Below are positions 1 through 9,474 of a stretch of 64,000 nt of DNA, piece after piece. The stretch's first letter is position 1. Each line of letters opens with the position of its first letter. Both the position numbers and the translations under genes were made by a program. The notes beneath the pieces were generated by a model. That model saw only the letters and a program-made list of their open reading frames with translations, had not been told where the DNA came from and ran no database searches. The DNA comes from a virus, in IMG/VR virus record IMGVR_UViG_3300032245_000936, positions 32,001 through 96,000 of that record. One strand, written 5' to 3'.

Positions 1-243
1 TCGCCAAATATCAGTATCGGCGATCTAGTACTCACTGCACAAATTGTTCAGTTGGGTGCATCACGTGGTATTTTTAAACCTGAAGAATTCGCACAAATAG
101 GCGATTTTTATACTCGCCTGGTAGGCTTTTTAGAAGCCTCAGGTGCCGTCCAACGAGCACCTACACAAACCGAAGCCGCGGCCGAAGAGCCTGCCGCTCA
201 ATCCAAGGAGAAAGCAAATGCTAAAACACGTCGGAAAGCATAA
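1..243 (+). CDS. conserved phage hypothetical protein (5'-truncated by window edge)
   Basis: Frame 1 is open from base 1 (SPNISIGDLVLTAQIVQLGASRGIFKPEEF...) to TAA at 243, so the track start at 52 is probably internal. Confidence 0.7.
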   Translation, partial: SPNISIGDLVLTAQIVQLGASRGIFKPEEFAQIGDFYTRLVGFLEASGAVQRAPTQTEAAAEEPAAQSKEKANAKTRRKA

Positions 244-877
244 CGACCGCAAGACTGTGGTATTGTACCGTCAGGTACCAAACGAGGATCATATGTGCTT
301 GGTAGTATACAGTGATCTATTACCGCGTCTAGTGCATGACGATATCATGCGAGTACTAGAAAGCCCAAGTGGCCAAGCCGCGGAGAATCTTGCTGATGCA
401 CTATTCCGTAACATTATGCCAGATGGTCGTAATACCTTGGAAGTGTTGCATCGGGAAAGTTTTATCAAGAAGGTTGCAACCAATCAGGTTATCATGACCC
501 CAACTACCAAGAGCAATGTTCGCTTGGATGAACTGAACAGCATTCTAAACGAAATGTCTCAAGGTGAGCAAGCAATCAAACGATTAGCTGAGCTTGATGC
601 AGATGCTGGTATGAGTGGTAAGACACGTCGAAACAACGACGTTAAAGAAGTTGGAGCACCACGTAACTCACGTTCTACTCCTGCTGTTGTTCCATCTGGT
701 GAAGCATTGACTGACGAGCTACTGGCCGAACAACGTATCGACCAAGCTGAAAAAATGAAGTTGTCTGCACAGCAATTACTTGCTGAAGCAGAACGTCTAA
801 TGGCTGAGGCTGCTAGTCTTAACCCTACTGTGAAAGTCAAGTCCAATGCCAAGAAAAAAGTCGTCAAAGCGAATTAA
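218..877 (+). CDS. conserved jumbo-phage hypothetical protein with C-terminal coiled coil
   Basis: ATG at 218 preceded by AAGGAG (205-210), in frame with track ORF 143..877; begins MLKHVGKHNDRK. Confidence 0.8.
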   Translation: MLKHVGKHNDRKTVVLYRQVPNEDHMCLVVYSDLLPRLVHDDIMRVLESPSGQAAENLADALFRNIMPDGRNTLEVLHRESFIKKVATNQVIMTPTTKSNVRLDELNSILNEMSQGEQAIKRLAELDADAGMSGKTRRNNDVKEVGAPRNSRSTPAVVPSGEALTDELLAEQRIDQAEKMKLSAQQLLAEAERLMAEAASLNPTVKVKSNAKKKVVKAN

Positions 878-1169
878 CATTGATACTAGAGAGCGTTGGA
901 AAAGTATTTTGAAAACTGTTAGCAAAGACGAAGTTCCTGTTGAATTGCTACAAACAGTAACCGTTAACCTAGTTGACGGAACAAGAGTTGATATTGACAT
1001 TATTCAATTACTAGCAGAAGGCCATGAACCAGACGATGTGAAGTATATGCTAAACACTCGTCTGGATAAATTAGATTCAATTATTAAAGATGTAGATTTT
1101 TACATCAACGTTGATTCTGTAGCCAAGACTGTCCAACCCGTCACTGACGAGATTCTCAAGCATTTATGA
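846..1169 (+). CDS. hypothetical protein
   Basis: 107-aa ORF overlapping both neighbours (ATGA overlap with DHFR). Confidence 0.75.
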   Translation: MPRKKSSKRINIDTRERWKSILKTVSKDEVPVELLQTVTVNLVDGTRVDIDIIQLLAEGHEPDDVKYMLNTRLDKLDSIIKDVDFYINVDSVAKTVQPVTDEILKHL

Positions 1170-1687
1170 TAGCCGCTATATTTTCAATAGACCAAGTCGG
1201 GGGAATGGGTACCAATGGTACCCTTCCTTGGGCACATCACCAAGAAGACATGACATGGTTCAAAGAACTAACAGAAGGTCATGTTGTTATTATGGGTCGC
1301 AAGACCTGGGATGATCCAAAAATGCCCAAACCTCTTCCTAACAGAATCAATTACATTATCACCACACGACCCAGGCAAATTACCAATGCGTTTACACTAG
1401 GGGACGATTGGTTATCGCAAATTCCTAAGATACAAGCAAGGCATCCAGGAAAAAAGATTTTTATAATCGGCGGTAGCAACGTACTAGAGTCCAGTAGATC
1501 CTTGATAGACTTTGCCTATGTTACACATCGTAAAGGCAATCATAGATGCGATGTTCGGTTGAATTGGAGTGATTATACCGTGGGGCTAAGAGCTCTAAGT
1601 GCTAGACCTAGCACAGATAAAGTGTTAAACTTTATGGTATACAGAGATATAGAAAGTGATATTCCATTACATGAAGGCTTACATTGA
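1166..1687 (+). CDS. folA: dihydrofolate reductase
   Basis: Motifs G..G.LPW...EDM..FK..T, VIMGRKTW, KPLPNR.N, IFIIGG; adjacent to thymidylate synthase. Confidence 0.95.
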   Translation: MIAAIFSIDQVGGMGTNGTLPWAHHQEDMTWFKELTEGHVVIMGRKTWDDPKMPKPLPNRINYIITTRPRQITNAFTLGDDWLSQIPKIQARHPGKKIFIIGGSNVLESSRSLIDFAYVTHRKGNHRCDVRLNWSDYTVGLRALSARPSTDKVLNFMVYRDIESDIPLHEGLH

Positions 1688-2582
1688 TGCTCTCAAAACT
1701 ATACTATCAAACGGGGCCGAACGTAGCGACCGCACTGGCACTGGTACTATCAGTGTATTTGGTATGCAACAACGTTATAACCTGGGCGATGGATTTCCTG
1801 CTATAACTGAAAAGAAGTTAGCATGGCGAGCAGTTGTATCTGAGTTGCTGTGGTTCATTGAAGGTTCAGGGGACGAAAAGCGGCTGCGAGAGATATTACA
1901 TGGTAGCGCCGATTCTAGCAAGAAGACCATCTGGACTGACAATGCCACAGCATCATACTGGGCACCCAAGGCCAAGTACCCAGGTGACCTAGGTCGCGTA
2001 TACGGTGTGCAATGGCGCAAGTGGCGCACACCAGAAGTAGTAGAAGGTGGTAGCTTTACCAATGACTTTGGGCACTCATTCAGCCTAGAAGGTGGAGTTA
2101 CTATTAGGGAAGTTGATCAACTTATAGAACTGATCAACGGAATCAAAGCAGATCCGTACGGACGAAGACATATATTATCAGCATGGAACCCAGGCGAATT
2201 ATCAAGCATGGCGCTCCCACCGTGTCACTGCTTTGCCCAATTCTATGTTGCAGATGGCAAACTATCATGTCAGATGTATCAAAGAAGTTGCGACATGTTT
2301 CTTGGAGTCCCCTTTAACATCGCAAGCTACAGCCTGCTAACGGCCATGATAGCTCAAGTGTGCGGCCTTCGGGTCGGGGAGTTCGTTCACGTACTCGGCG
2401 ATGCACACATCTACTTGAATCATGTGGACCAGGTAAAAGAACTAATTTCACGTGAGCCATTACCTGCGCCAACTCTTTGGTTAAATCCTGATGTCATGGA
2501 TATCACCAAGTTTACCATGGATGATATTCAACTGGAAAACTACCAATGTCACGACGCCATTGCAGCCCCAATGGCCGTATGA
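1671..2582 (+). CDS. thyA: thymidylate synthase (ThyA type)
   Basis: DRTGTGT, ELLWF, GDLGRVYGVQWR, catalytic MALPPCH, YQRSCD..LGVPFNIASY, GDAHIY. ATG at 1671 preferred to the track GTG at 1656. Confidence 0.97.
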   Translation: MKAYIDALKTILSNGAERSDRTGTGTISVFGMQQRYNLGDGFPAITEKKLAWRAVVSELLWFIEGSGDEKRLREILHGSADSSKKTIWTDNATASYWAPKAKYPGDLGRVYGVQWRKWRTPEVVEGGSFTNDFGHSFSLEGGVTIREVDQLIELINGIKADPYGRRHILSAWNPGELSSMALPPCHCFAQFYVADGKLSCQMYQRSCDMFLGVPFNIASYSLLTAMIAQVCGLRVGEFVHVLGDAHIYLNHVDQVKELISREPLPAPTLWLNPDVMDITKFTMDDIQLENYQCHDAIAAPMAV

Positions 2583-2821
2583 TCTTATTCAAAGAACTGC
2601 GACTGGGTGACTGTGAAGATCCTCAGTTGTATGCCGCTGTTCCTATCATGGAATGGGAAAAGAGTGAGGAAGGTAACTGGGTTATGAATCACGCCACTGA
2701 TATCCCAGAATGGCGTATTACTACAGATCCAACAAGTTATGGATTCAAGGTTCAGATCTGGGGTAGCTTAAAAGAAGCAGACGAAATCATTTATCGTCTG
2801 AAGTTTGGATTCCAAAAGTAA
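2579..2821 (+). CDS. hypothetical phage protein
   Basis: ATGA overlap with the thyA stop gives a start at 2579 within track ORF 2546..2821. Confidence 0.7.
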   Translation: MILFKELRLGDCEDPQLYAAVPIMEWEKSEEGNWVMNHATDIPEWRITTDPTSYGFKVQIWGSLKEADEIIYRLKFGFQK

Positions 2822-3005
2822 TTTTATTCCATACACGCTCGTGTATGTAGTATGCAATAGTATTCACCACTATCTGCACTGCGGCAATGGTGCTGGCAAT
2901 AAACCAATTACCACTTATTAAAAAAGATATTACAAAGGTAAGCGAGGTGCCTAGTATACGCCAGCTGATTGTTTTAACAAGAGTACGTTTACGCAGTTCA
3001 CTCAA
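2787..3005 (-). CDS. DUF2061-like small membrane protein
   Basis: R.lvKtiSWR...T and YYIHERvW motifs with two hydrophobic helices. Likely TTG start at 3005 overlapping the cysC stop. Confidence 0.8.
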   Translation of the reverse strand: MSELRKRTLVKTISWRILGTSLTFVISFLISGNWFIASTIAAVQIVVNTIAYYIHERVWNKITFGIQTSDDK

Positions 3006-3789
3006 GGCCCATCTCTTTGCGAATTTTTGTAGCACTGATGCTGGTTATTGTTTCGTCAAAGCTCTCTTGTTCTATTTTGTATCCAACATCTCTACCGTAG
3101 GTGATGTTTACAATGTTAGGTACTAGCATAACTGTAAACTGTCCTTGATACAGTGGCTCAAGATCTCGTTTGATTGCATTAACTACTTGAGCAAAAGTAA
3201 AAGGATTTGTGCCTTGCCAGCCTTGGCAATCACGTACTTGTATAATGACCTGACCAGTCTTGGCAATAGCACGTTCAAACAGCGCACGGTGCCCGGGATG
3301 CCATGGTTGCCAACGTCCTAGCATCTGCACAGTCTCTTTACGATTATCCCATTGGGGGCGGCGACGATTGTCAATAATATGATCTGCAATGAAGTCAGCC
3401 CAGATTTTAGCATCCTGTTTGTTTATGCGGAAATCGTAAATTTCTGGTTCAATGAACATCTTGTTAGTGTCGGCGTATCGACCTTCACTGATAGTATCCA
3501 TCCATACAGTCCAATCAGCTTTGAAGTTATTACGCATCTCTGCCAGTGGTGCTACAAAGTCACATAGTGCGTAGTCAGTGTTACAGGTAGCAGCCAACTC
3601 GTACATACGTTTACTTTGACGTATGCGACCAGCTTCGCTAAAATCCCAATCGTTAAATTGTTTGCGAACTTCGTCAGCATTAAACCATGTTACAGTTTTA
3701 CCACAATCCTCTAAGAGTTTTTTTAGTTCGTCTGCCTGAGTTGTTTTCCCGGAGCCAGGCAAGCCCATGATTAGAATACGCTGTGTCAT
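2998..3789 (-). CDS. cysC: adenylyl-sulfate (APS) kinase-like protein fused to an HxGH nucleotidyltransferase domain
   Basis: N-terminal P-loop GLPGSGKTT, naD.VR, DFS..GR, F..P...D; C-terminal GRWQPWHPGH and SISATKIR. Confidence 0.8.
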   Translation of the reverse strand: MTQRILIMGLPGSGKTTQADELKKLLEDCGKTVTWFNADEVRKQFNDWDFSEAGRIRQSKRMYELAATCNTDYALCDFVAPLAEMRNNFKADWTVWMDTISEGRYADTNKMFIEPEIYDFRINKQDAKIWADFIADHIIDNRRRPQWDNRKETVQMLGRWQPWHPGHRALFERAIAKTGQVIIQVRDCQGWQGTNPFTFAQVVNAIKRDLEPLYQGQFTVMLVPNIVNITYGRDVGYKIEQESFDETITSISATKIRKEMGLE

Positions 3790-3792
3790 GAT

Positions 3793-4119
3793 TTAAACCG
3801 CAAAACTTGATCCGCAACCGCATGTGGTTGATGCGTTGGGATTCTCAATGCTGAACGCGGCGCCCATGATATCGTCTTTGAAATCAATCGTGGCACCAGC
3901 AAGATATTGATAGCTCATGCTGTCTACTAGCACAGTTACCTTGTCTTTGACAATTTCAAAATCATCGTCTGCTGTGGGATTTTCTTCTAGGGTGAATCCG
4001 TAGCTGAATCCAGAACATCCACCACCTTGAACAAAAACACGTAGCCTGGCGTCTGTATTTTCTTCTAGCAGTATCTCGTGTATACGTTCTGCCGCACTGT
4101 CTGTTATTGTGATATCCAT
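3793..4119 (-). CDS. erpA: A-type Fe-S cluster carrier (ErpA/IscA/HesB family)
   Basis: [44 protein letters not shown]; SD GGAG upstream. Confidence 0.92.
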   Translation of the reverse strand: MDITITDSAAERIHEILLEENTDARLRVFVQGGGCSGFSYGFTLEENPTADDDFEIVKDKVTVLVDSMSYQYLAGATIDFKDDIMGAAFSIENPNASTTCGCGSSFAV

Positions 4120-4128
4120 ACTGTCTCC

Positions 4129-4839
4129 TTAGAATTTGTACTGGTATTGTTCAATCATGCGATTAGCTGATGTAGCTACCCATTGTTGCATTTCATGTGT
4201 ATAAAAAGTTCTGTAGTCAACCAAGCGACCTGTGTTCACTGGTGCTAGTGCATCAATTTTATTTGCTACTGTGTCTGTTAGATCGCCAACTGATTGTAGC
4301 ATACATTTGAGGTCATATGCTAGTGTTTCGGTCTTGCCCACTTGATGTGCTTTTGCAGTATAGACATCAACCGCAAGTTGAAACATTCCTTCAGCTGATT
4401 CTTGCCACATATTAAATAACTCATATGTATGATTGCCAGATATTTGTTCTGCAACCAAAGATTGTTTATTTGCAAACTTTAGTTTCATCATCATTTCTAA
4501 CTTGTCTACCACAAGCATTTTCTTTTTAAACTCAGTGGTAGGATGAGTAATATTAAAAAGGAATTCTTCAAACGAAGGTTCACGTGTTGAAAATGCTCCT
4601 AATAAATGGCTTCCTTCACTTAGATAGTTGTATAGGCTAACATGCCATGCCCACGGATTGCGTACAAATACAAAAACTTTTCTGTCCAATAATTCAGTTG
4701 GAATAGACAAACGATGGTCAGCATCTGCAGACCCTGCTCGTGCAAGTTTTGCATTCTCGTCGGATTCGATCGCACGGCGTACCCATATTCCGCCAGTCTT
4801 GGGAATGTGTAGGAACACGGCGTTATTTGAAACTATCAT
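4129..4839 (-). CDS. sulfotransferase-family protein
   Basis: 5'-PSB-like FLHIPKTGG and 3'-PB-like FVFVRNPW..vS.Y motifs. Confidence 0.75.
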   Translation of the reverse strand: MIVSNNAVFLHIPKTGGIWVRRAIESDENAKLARAGSADADHRLSIPTELLDRKVFVFVRNPWAWHVSLYNYLSEGSHLLGAFSTREPSFEEFLFNITHPTTEFKKKMLVVDKLEMMMKLKFANKQSLVAEQISGNHTYELFNMWQESAEGMFQLAVDVYTAKAHQVGKTETLAYDLKCMLQSVGDLTDTVANKIDALAPVNTGRLVDYRTFYTHEMQQWVATSANRMIEQYQYKF

Positions 4840-4847
4840 AATGCAAT

Positions 4848-4863
4848 TATTTATAGGTAAATA
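4848..4863. promoter_or_regulatory. back-to-back T4-like late promoter motifs: TATAAATA (-, 4848-4855) and TAAATA (+, 4858-4863)
   Basis: Both motifs sit in the 29-bp divergent intergenic gap, each just upstream of a start codon. Confidence 0.7.
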
Positions 4864-4868
4864 TCAGC

Positions 4869-5450
4869 ATGAAGCCGGTTTTAATGATACATGAAATTCG
4901 GGAAGAGATGTTTGATCTTCCACTGGAAGATTACATTCTAACCTTCGATGACGGTCTATACAGTCAGTACTATTATTACCCACGGTTTCGTGACATAAAC
5001 ACTGAAAAAATCTACTTTATCTCCTCAAATATTGTATGTTCAGGCCCTCAAAGCACAGAGTTTCCTACGTGTAGGGTAGCACATACAAAAGCGCGACAAG
5101 GCGTATTTGAAGACTACATGACCCTGGCACAGATCAAAGAGCTTGCAAAAGATCCATTGGTAACCATTGGAGGCCACGGACACAATCATGTGGATCTATC
5201 TGAAACAGATAAACTAATTGATCGAGTAAAAATTGTCAGCAATGATCTACGCAGTATGATGGCTTGGTTTGCGTTTCATCTAGGACGAATTCCTGATTCA
5301 TTTTGCTATCCATATAACAACGATCTACAAGGAATGTATAGGGCACTTTTGATTAGAAACGGATTTTCTAAATTCTATGGTAGCGAACGAGTGGCAATTG
5401 AAAGTTTGTTGCCATTGCATTCACCATCACCAAGTACCACGGTCATGTGA
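4869..5450 (+). CDS. polysaccharide deacetylase (NodB/CE4 family)
   Basis: VLMIH, LTFDDG, HgH.H metal motif, FCYPY. Confidence 0.85.
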   Translation: MKPVLMIHEIREEMFDLPLEDYILTFDDGLYSQYYYYPRFRDINTEKIYFISSNIVCSGPQSTEFPTCRVAHTKARQGVFEDYMTLAQIKELAKDPLVTIGGHGHNHVDLSETDKLIDRVKIVSNDLRSMMAWFAFHLGRIPDSFCYPYNNDLQGMYRALLIRNGFSKFYGSERVAIESLLPLHSPSPSTTVM

Positions 5451-6080
5451 ATACACTAATTGAAATGCTTCTGCAAACACGCAACCTATTTGAGCTCCAC
5501 GGCGCATGGCCTGTGCTTCCATGCTTATCACAGATCTAGCGTCTGGAAATTCATACGTTTCTGTATGGTACATGGACAACACCTGTTTCTTTACTGCAAT
5601 GTATTCACTTACATCAATGAATGTGTTGGGATTGAACTGCGGAGATATTGTACCAAAACTCCAGTCTGGGCCAATCTCACACATGAACAACGAATTAACA
5701 TTACAGTCTGGTTTGGGTCTAGCCGCTACCAAACACGCCTCGGCTGCGGTTCTATGATCTTTGTGCAGGTCTGACATACAGTGAGTGTACACTATGTCAA
5801 TATCAAACTCTTTTATTTTAGATTCAATCTCAGACACTGCATAATGATAGTCTAGATGCACATCGTTGCCTGTACCAAGCATACCAGTGGCGCCAAGTAG
5901 ATTGCACACATTAAAAAACGCTTCTTGGCGATCGTTCATCACATGTTCTGCGCCAGGACGATTGCCGCGGCATAGACTTAGAATCCAAACATTGTGTCCT
6001 AGGTCCACAAGTTTTTTAATTGTGCCAGCTGGGCCGTAGGCTTCATCGTCGGGGTGTGCAAAAGCAAACAGTATGTTCAT
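5427..6080 (-). CDS. PIG-L/LmbE-family N-acetyl-sugar deacetylase
   Basis: AHPDDE, H...D.HKDH, PN.FIDVS...K, AEAF. Confidence 0.92.
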   Translation of the reverse strand: MNILFAFAHPDDEAYGPAGTIKKLVDLGHNVWILSLCRGNRPGAEHVMNDRQEAFFNVCNLLGATGMLGTGNDVHLDYHYAVSEIESKIKEFDIDIVYTHCMSDLHKDHRTAAEACLVAARPKPDCNVNSLFMCEIGPDWSFGTISPQFNPNTFIDVSEYIAVKKQVLSMYHTETYEFPDARSVISMEAQAMRRGAQIGCVFAEAFQLVYSHDRGTW

Positions 6081-6961
6081 AGCAGGTCCTGAATAATATT
6101 GTCAAGACCATATTGATTTACATAGCCAGTGAATCGTTGATTCTTGCTGAGATCTGGCACTCTGTGATTGATATCTTCAAAGGGTATGTCAACATAACGA
6201 ATCCTAGAACTTGACCCACTTAGTGTTATCACACGCTCTGCTAGTTCACTTATGGTTACTGGTTCATTGTTACCAATGTTGAAAATTTCATTGTTTGCTT
6301 GTTCAACTAACAATAGCTGTTCTACTGCATCATGCACATGACAGAAGCTACGTATTTGTTTGCCACCATACACCACAAGATCTTGTCCTTGCTTTGCTGC
6401 CTGTACAAAACGTGGCAATACCATGCCATAGTCAGGCAGTTGTCCTGGGCCAACTACATTAAAGAATCTCACTATCACATAAGGAAAGTCGCCGGTTGTG
6501 ATCATGAATTCTGTTGTTAGCTTGGCACTGGCATAGCTCCAGCGTAGCTCTTTGGGGTTGCCAATGTTCAATGCACTGTGTTCAACAAATGGCCCTTCAC
6601 CGTACACTTCACTGGTACTGCTGAACACTACTTTTTTCTTGTGCTTGTTAAACACTGGCCCAAGATGTTGCATGAGCTGTACATTGTTCATTAGTGTTTG
6701 ATGCGGGTGATCCATGACATTTTGTACTCCTACACTACCAGCCAGGTAGTACACAACATCTGCGTTTTTAACATACAAATCTAGATCTATATTTTGTATA
6801 TTGTCTTGAACAAAAAGTTTAATGTTATTGAGTTTGCTCGGAGGAGACGAAGTTGTGCATGAATCAATTATTGTGACTTCATGAGCATCTAGACTCAAGC
6901 GTTGAGCCAGATGCTTGCCAATGAATCCAGCACCCCCAAGCAAAAGATATTTCATGGTCAT
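6077..6961 (-). CDS. NAD-dependent nucleotide-sugar epimerase/dehydratase
   Basis: GGAGFIG, SSTSEVYG, YASAK, RFFNVVGPGQ, RSFCHV.D. Confidence 0.93.
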   Translation of the reverse strand: MTMKYLLLGGAGFIGKHLAQRLSLDAHEVTIIDSCTTSSPPSKLNNIKLFVQDNIQNIDLDLYVKNADVVYYLAGSVGVQNVMDHPHQTLMNNVQLMQHLGPVFNKHKKKVVFSSTSEVYGEGPFVEHSALNIGNPKELRWSYASAKLTTEFMITTGDFPYVIVRFFNVVGPGQLPDYGMVLPRFVQAAKQGQDLVVYGGKQIRSFCHVHDAVEQLLLVEQANNEIFNIGNNEPVTISELAERVITLSGSSSRIRYVDIPFEDINHRVPDLSKNQRFTGYVNQYGLDNIIQDLL

Positions 6962-7776
6962 TCATTTGCTACGATCGGAACCAATGTGTTGCCCAGGCTT
7001 ACGATTGTATGGTTAAGTATATCAACAATTGGACTTTCCTGAGTCAGCTGGAAATAATAAACAGTGCCTGGTTCAGTTGGTTCTTGAAATAGGAATCCTC
7101 GACCACGAACTGCAATGCAATCATTAGGCGCCCAACGCAGTGGATCTGTCCAATAAACTTCCCCATTCTTTTCGTAGAAACAGTTGTGTTGTGTAGTGAA
7201 AGGAACTGTGTAGTCTGTCTTGAACATCTCAGCTAGTTTTTTTAGTATTGGTTTTGAAAAACCATAACGGCTGGTAATCAAATTTGTTCCTACATCTTCA
7301 AATTGATAAAAATGCGGAGTCTCAGCAACAAATTTTGGCATACCCATTGGAGCTCGATCAATCATAGCTCGTACATCAGCTAGTGATTCTATCAATGGAT
7401 AGTATCCATTGAACCCACGAATAATTTCTGCAACTCTATTATAGTGTCCGGTCATTTCACCACTTGCTATGTCTTCAGCGCGAATTTGTTTTCTATCGTT
7501 AATTTGTACTTCTAGATATGGTTTGTAATAATAGATATAGCCAGCCTGTGCAAAAAACTGATCCTGGGCGCCCCAGTAAAGTTCTGGGCTTACAAAACTG
7601 TTGAACTCTGCTTCAAAGGCCAGGATAGTATCATTACGTCTGCAACCAGCGGCACCATCGCCGCAGGCTCCATCGTGTGAGCACAAACGATATGGAGTGC
7701 CACGACTGGATTTTGAGGACGGACGAATTGCTGTGCCCAACTCAAGTTCTTCTTTTGTAAAAATAGTATCGCTCAT
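6958..7776 (-). CDS. hypothetical protein, paralog of 9467..10144; possibly divergent kinase-like fold
   Basis: Shares YYyKP.LE, AP.GMPKFV.ET.HF..FE and G.VYWT...RW with 9467..10144. Confidence 0.7.
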   Translation of the reverse strand: MSDTIFTKEELELGTAIRPSSKSSRGTPYRLCSHDGACGDGAAGCRRNDTILAFEAEFNSFVSPELYWGAQDQFFAQAGYIYYYKPYLEVQINDRKQIRAEDIASGEMTGHYNRVAEIIRGFNGYYPLIESLADVRAMIDRAPMGMPKFVAETPHFYQFEDVGTNLITSRYGFSKPILKKLAEMFKTDYTVPFTTQHNCFYEKNGEVYWTDPLRWAPNDCIAVRGRGFLFQEPTEPGTVYYFQLTQESPIVDILNHTIVSLGNTLVPIVANE

Positions 7777-7784
7777 GATTATTC

Positions 7785-8423
7785 CTATAGGTTGTATATT
7801 ATAGCAGAATCTACTGGATAGTCAACACGCAGATGCTCAAACACTGCCATGCAGTTGGATTCATTGTCTAGATATAAGCTATTTATGTTGTTTTCTTTGT
7901 TGTAAAAGTACACAAAAAATGGCAAGGATTTGGCTTCAAAGTGTTTAAGGTCCACTAGTTTCAGTTGGTCTGCACGTACTAGATTATAGGTCATGCTATT
8001 GGTAAAAGGTGTGTGGCTTAGTTTATTGTGTTGTTCTTTGATCCAAAAAAATTCTTCCGCTGTGATATCTGTAGCTGGAGTGCCTTGTACATATTCGTAG
8101 ACCAAAAATTTATCATTGGATTCTATCAAGGGCGGAAATAGCTCACTGGTTGTGGTTTCTAAAAATTCAATTACATCAATTGGATTGATTTCTTTTACCA
8201 GTGGACAACAATCTGGTTCACGCTCATGCGAGTATGTGTCTGCGTTGGTGTACACAAATCTCAGTGCATCTTTGTGTACATATTTTTTTCCCCGGTGCTC
8301 AAAAAAGTAGAAGAAGTTTTTTCTGGTCCAAGGCAAATGCTCGATTCCAGATATTTCTTTAAAGTCTTTGCAAGCCCTGCGTATCCACTGGGCTTTGGAA
8401 TTAGTAATATATGTATTGGTCAT
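7785..8423 (-). CDS. hypothetical protein, possibly divergent kinase-like (APH/Kdo-kinase-type) fold
   Basis: yvhK, fPpLiesndkFLVYEYvqG and LKLVDL patterns echo PKL subdomains, but no clear HxD catalytic loop. Confidence 0.6.
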   Translation of the reverse strand: MTNTYITNSKAQWIRRACKDFKEISGIEHLPWTRKNFFYFFEHRGKKYVHKDALRFVYTNADTYSHEREPDCCPLVKEINPIDVIEFLETTTSELFPPLIESNDKFLVYEYVQGTPATDITAEEFFWIKEQHNKLSHTPFTNSMTYNLVRADQLKLVDLKHFEAKSLPFFVYFYNKENNINSLYLDNESNCMAVFEHLRVDYPVDSAIIYNL

Positions 8424-9474
8424 CTCTAACTAGATCCAGTGTGGAGCAGTGTATGCCACCCGCAAAGATTTCGCCATGTTCTAGAGTGACTTCAATAACA
8501 TCAAACCCATTTTTATCTAATATGTCTTTGACTCCGTGTGCGCGGTTAGTACACATAACAGTGTTTTCATCTAGACTGAGCACGTTCACATCCATGCCAC
8601 GCGAGCTTGCAAGTCTAATATCAATGTCAGTCATGCCAGTTACATCAATGTTTGCCGTTAGGTCTTGAGGATACAGATAAGTCCAGTTGCGGAACTTGGC
8701 AGGCAAGAGATCACGTATGTTTGGGTACAATGGGTTGACCAAAAACACGCCAGGTTTTAGGCATATTAAACAACCATCAATATGATTGTCTGCAACATGT
8801 AGCACATGAAAGTCTGTGTCTGGAAAAAAGCTCTTGACCCATTCATACCCCAAATACTGATTATAGCTGTTAATGTTTACAATGCAATCTCTGCCTATGC
8901 GTAGGAATTGTGCGCCATCCACTGCCATTACAAAATTATCTGGAATGTTGTTGTAGTCGCGAGTGTCGCCCCAATGTCCTAGATCAATGGTGCGTTCAGT
9001 TAGTTCAGTATGCGGTGCTTTAATCCACTGACCTCCACGACCTCTGTCCCATGCACTGCTGTACACATCGTGTAGCAGTGTGTTTTCATAATAACGATTG
9101 CGAACAAATGTAGGAGTTTCAATCAGCTTGTTACCGTATACCAGTGTTAGATCACGTACATTACTAGCACTGCTTAGTTCACTTTTGAAACTAGGTGTGT
9201 TAAAAGGAACAATCTTGTCTAGTACCGCAGGTCGATGCACCACAACACCACGTGACTCTAGTGTGCTAGCCAAATTGTCCAACTGTTGATTTCGTTGCTC
9301 AATCAACGCCATGCTAACTTGATAACTGTCAAATGGCGATTCATATATTCTTTCGTCTAGAGCTTCGCGGTAAAACTGTTTAAATGTAATGTCACTGATG
9401 CGTTTGGCCAGTTGTAGTTCGCGGCCCACAACAATTTCTTTTAGCTTGCCAAAACTCGTGTTACTGTTAATCAT
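8401..9474 (-). CDS. L-arginine-dependent amidinotransferase (AGAT/StrB1 family)
   Basis: L.EIVVGR, vRD, DGA, NHID, and C-terminal catalytic GGIHCSTLDL.R. Confidence 0.9.
   Translation of the reverse strand: MINSNTSFGKLKEIVVGRELQLAKRISDITFKQFYREALDERIYESPFDSYQVSMALIEQRNQQLDNLASTLESRGVVVHRPAVLDKIVPFNTPSFKSELSSASNVRDLTLVYGNKLIETPTFVRNRYYENTLLHDVYSSAWDRGRGGQWIKAPHTELTERTIDLGHWGDTRDYNNIPDNFVMAVDGAQFLRIGRDCIVNINSYNQYLGYEWVKSFFPDTDFHVLHVADNHIDGCLICLKPGVFLVNPLYPNIRDLLPAKFRNWTYLYPQDLTANIDVTGMTDIDIRLASSRGMDVNVLSLDENTVMCTNRAHGVKDILDKNGFDVIEVTLEHGEIFAGGIHCSTLDLVRDDQYIYY

Noticed and set aside
1671-2582. Thymidylate synthase as a dCMP/dUMP hydroxymethylase for modified bases
   Set aside because: It keeps canonical ThyA motifs, including the dUMP-specifying Asn (PFNIASY), and is paired with DHFR.
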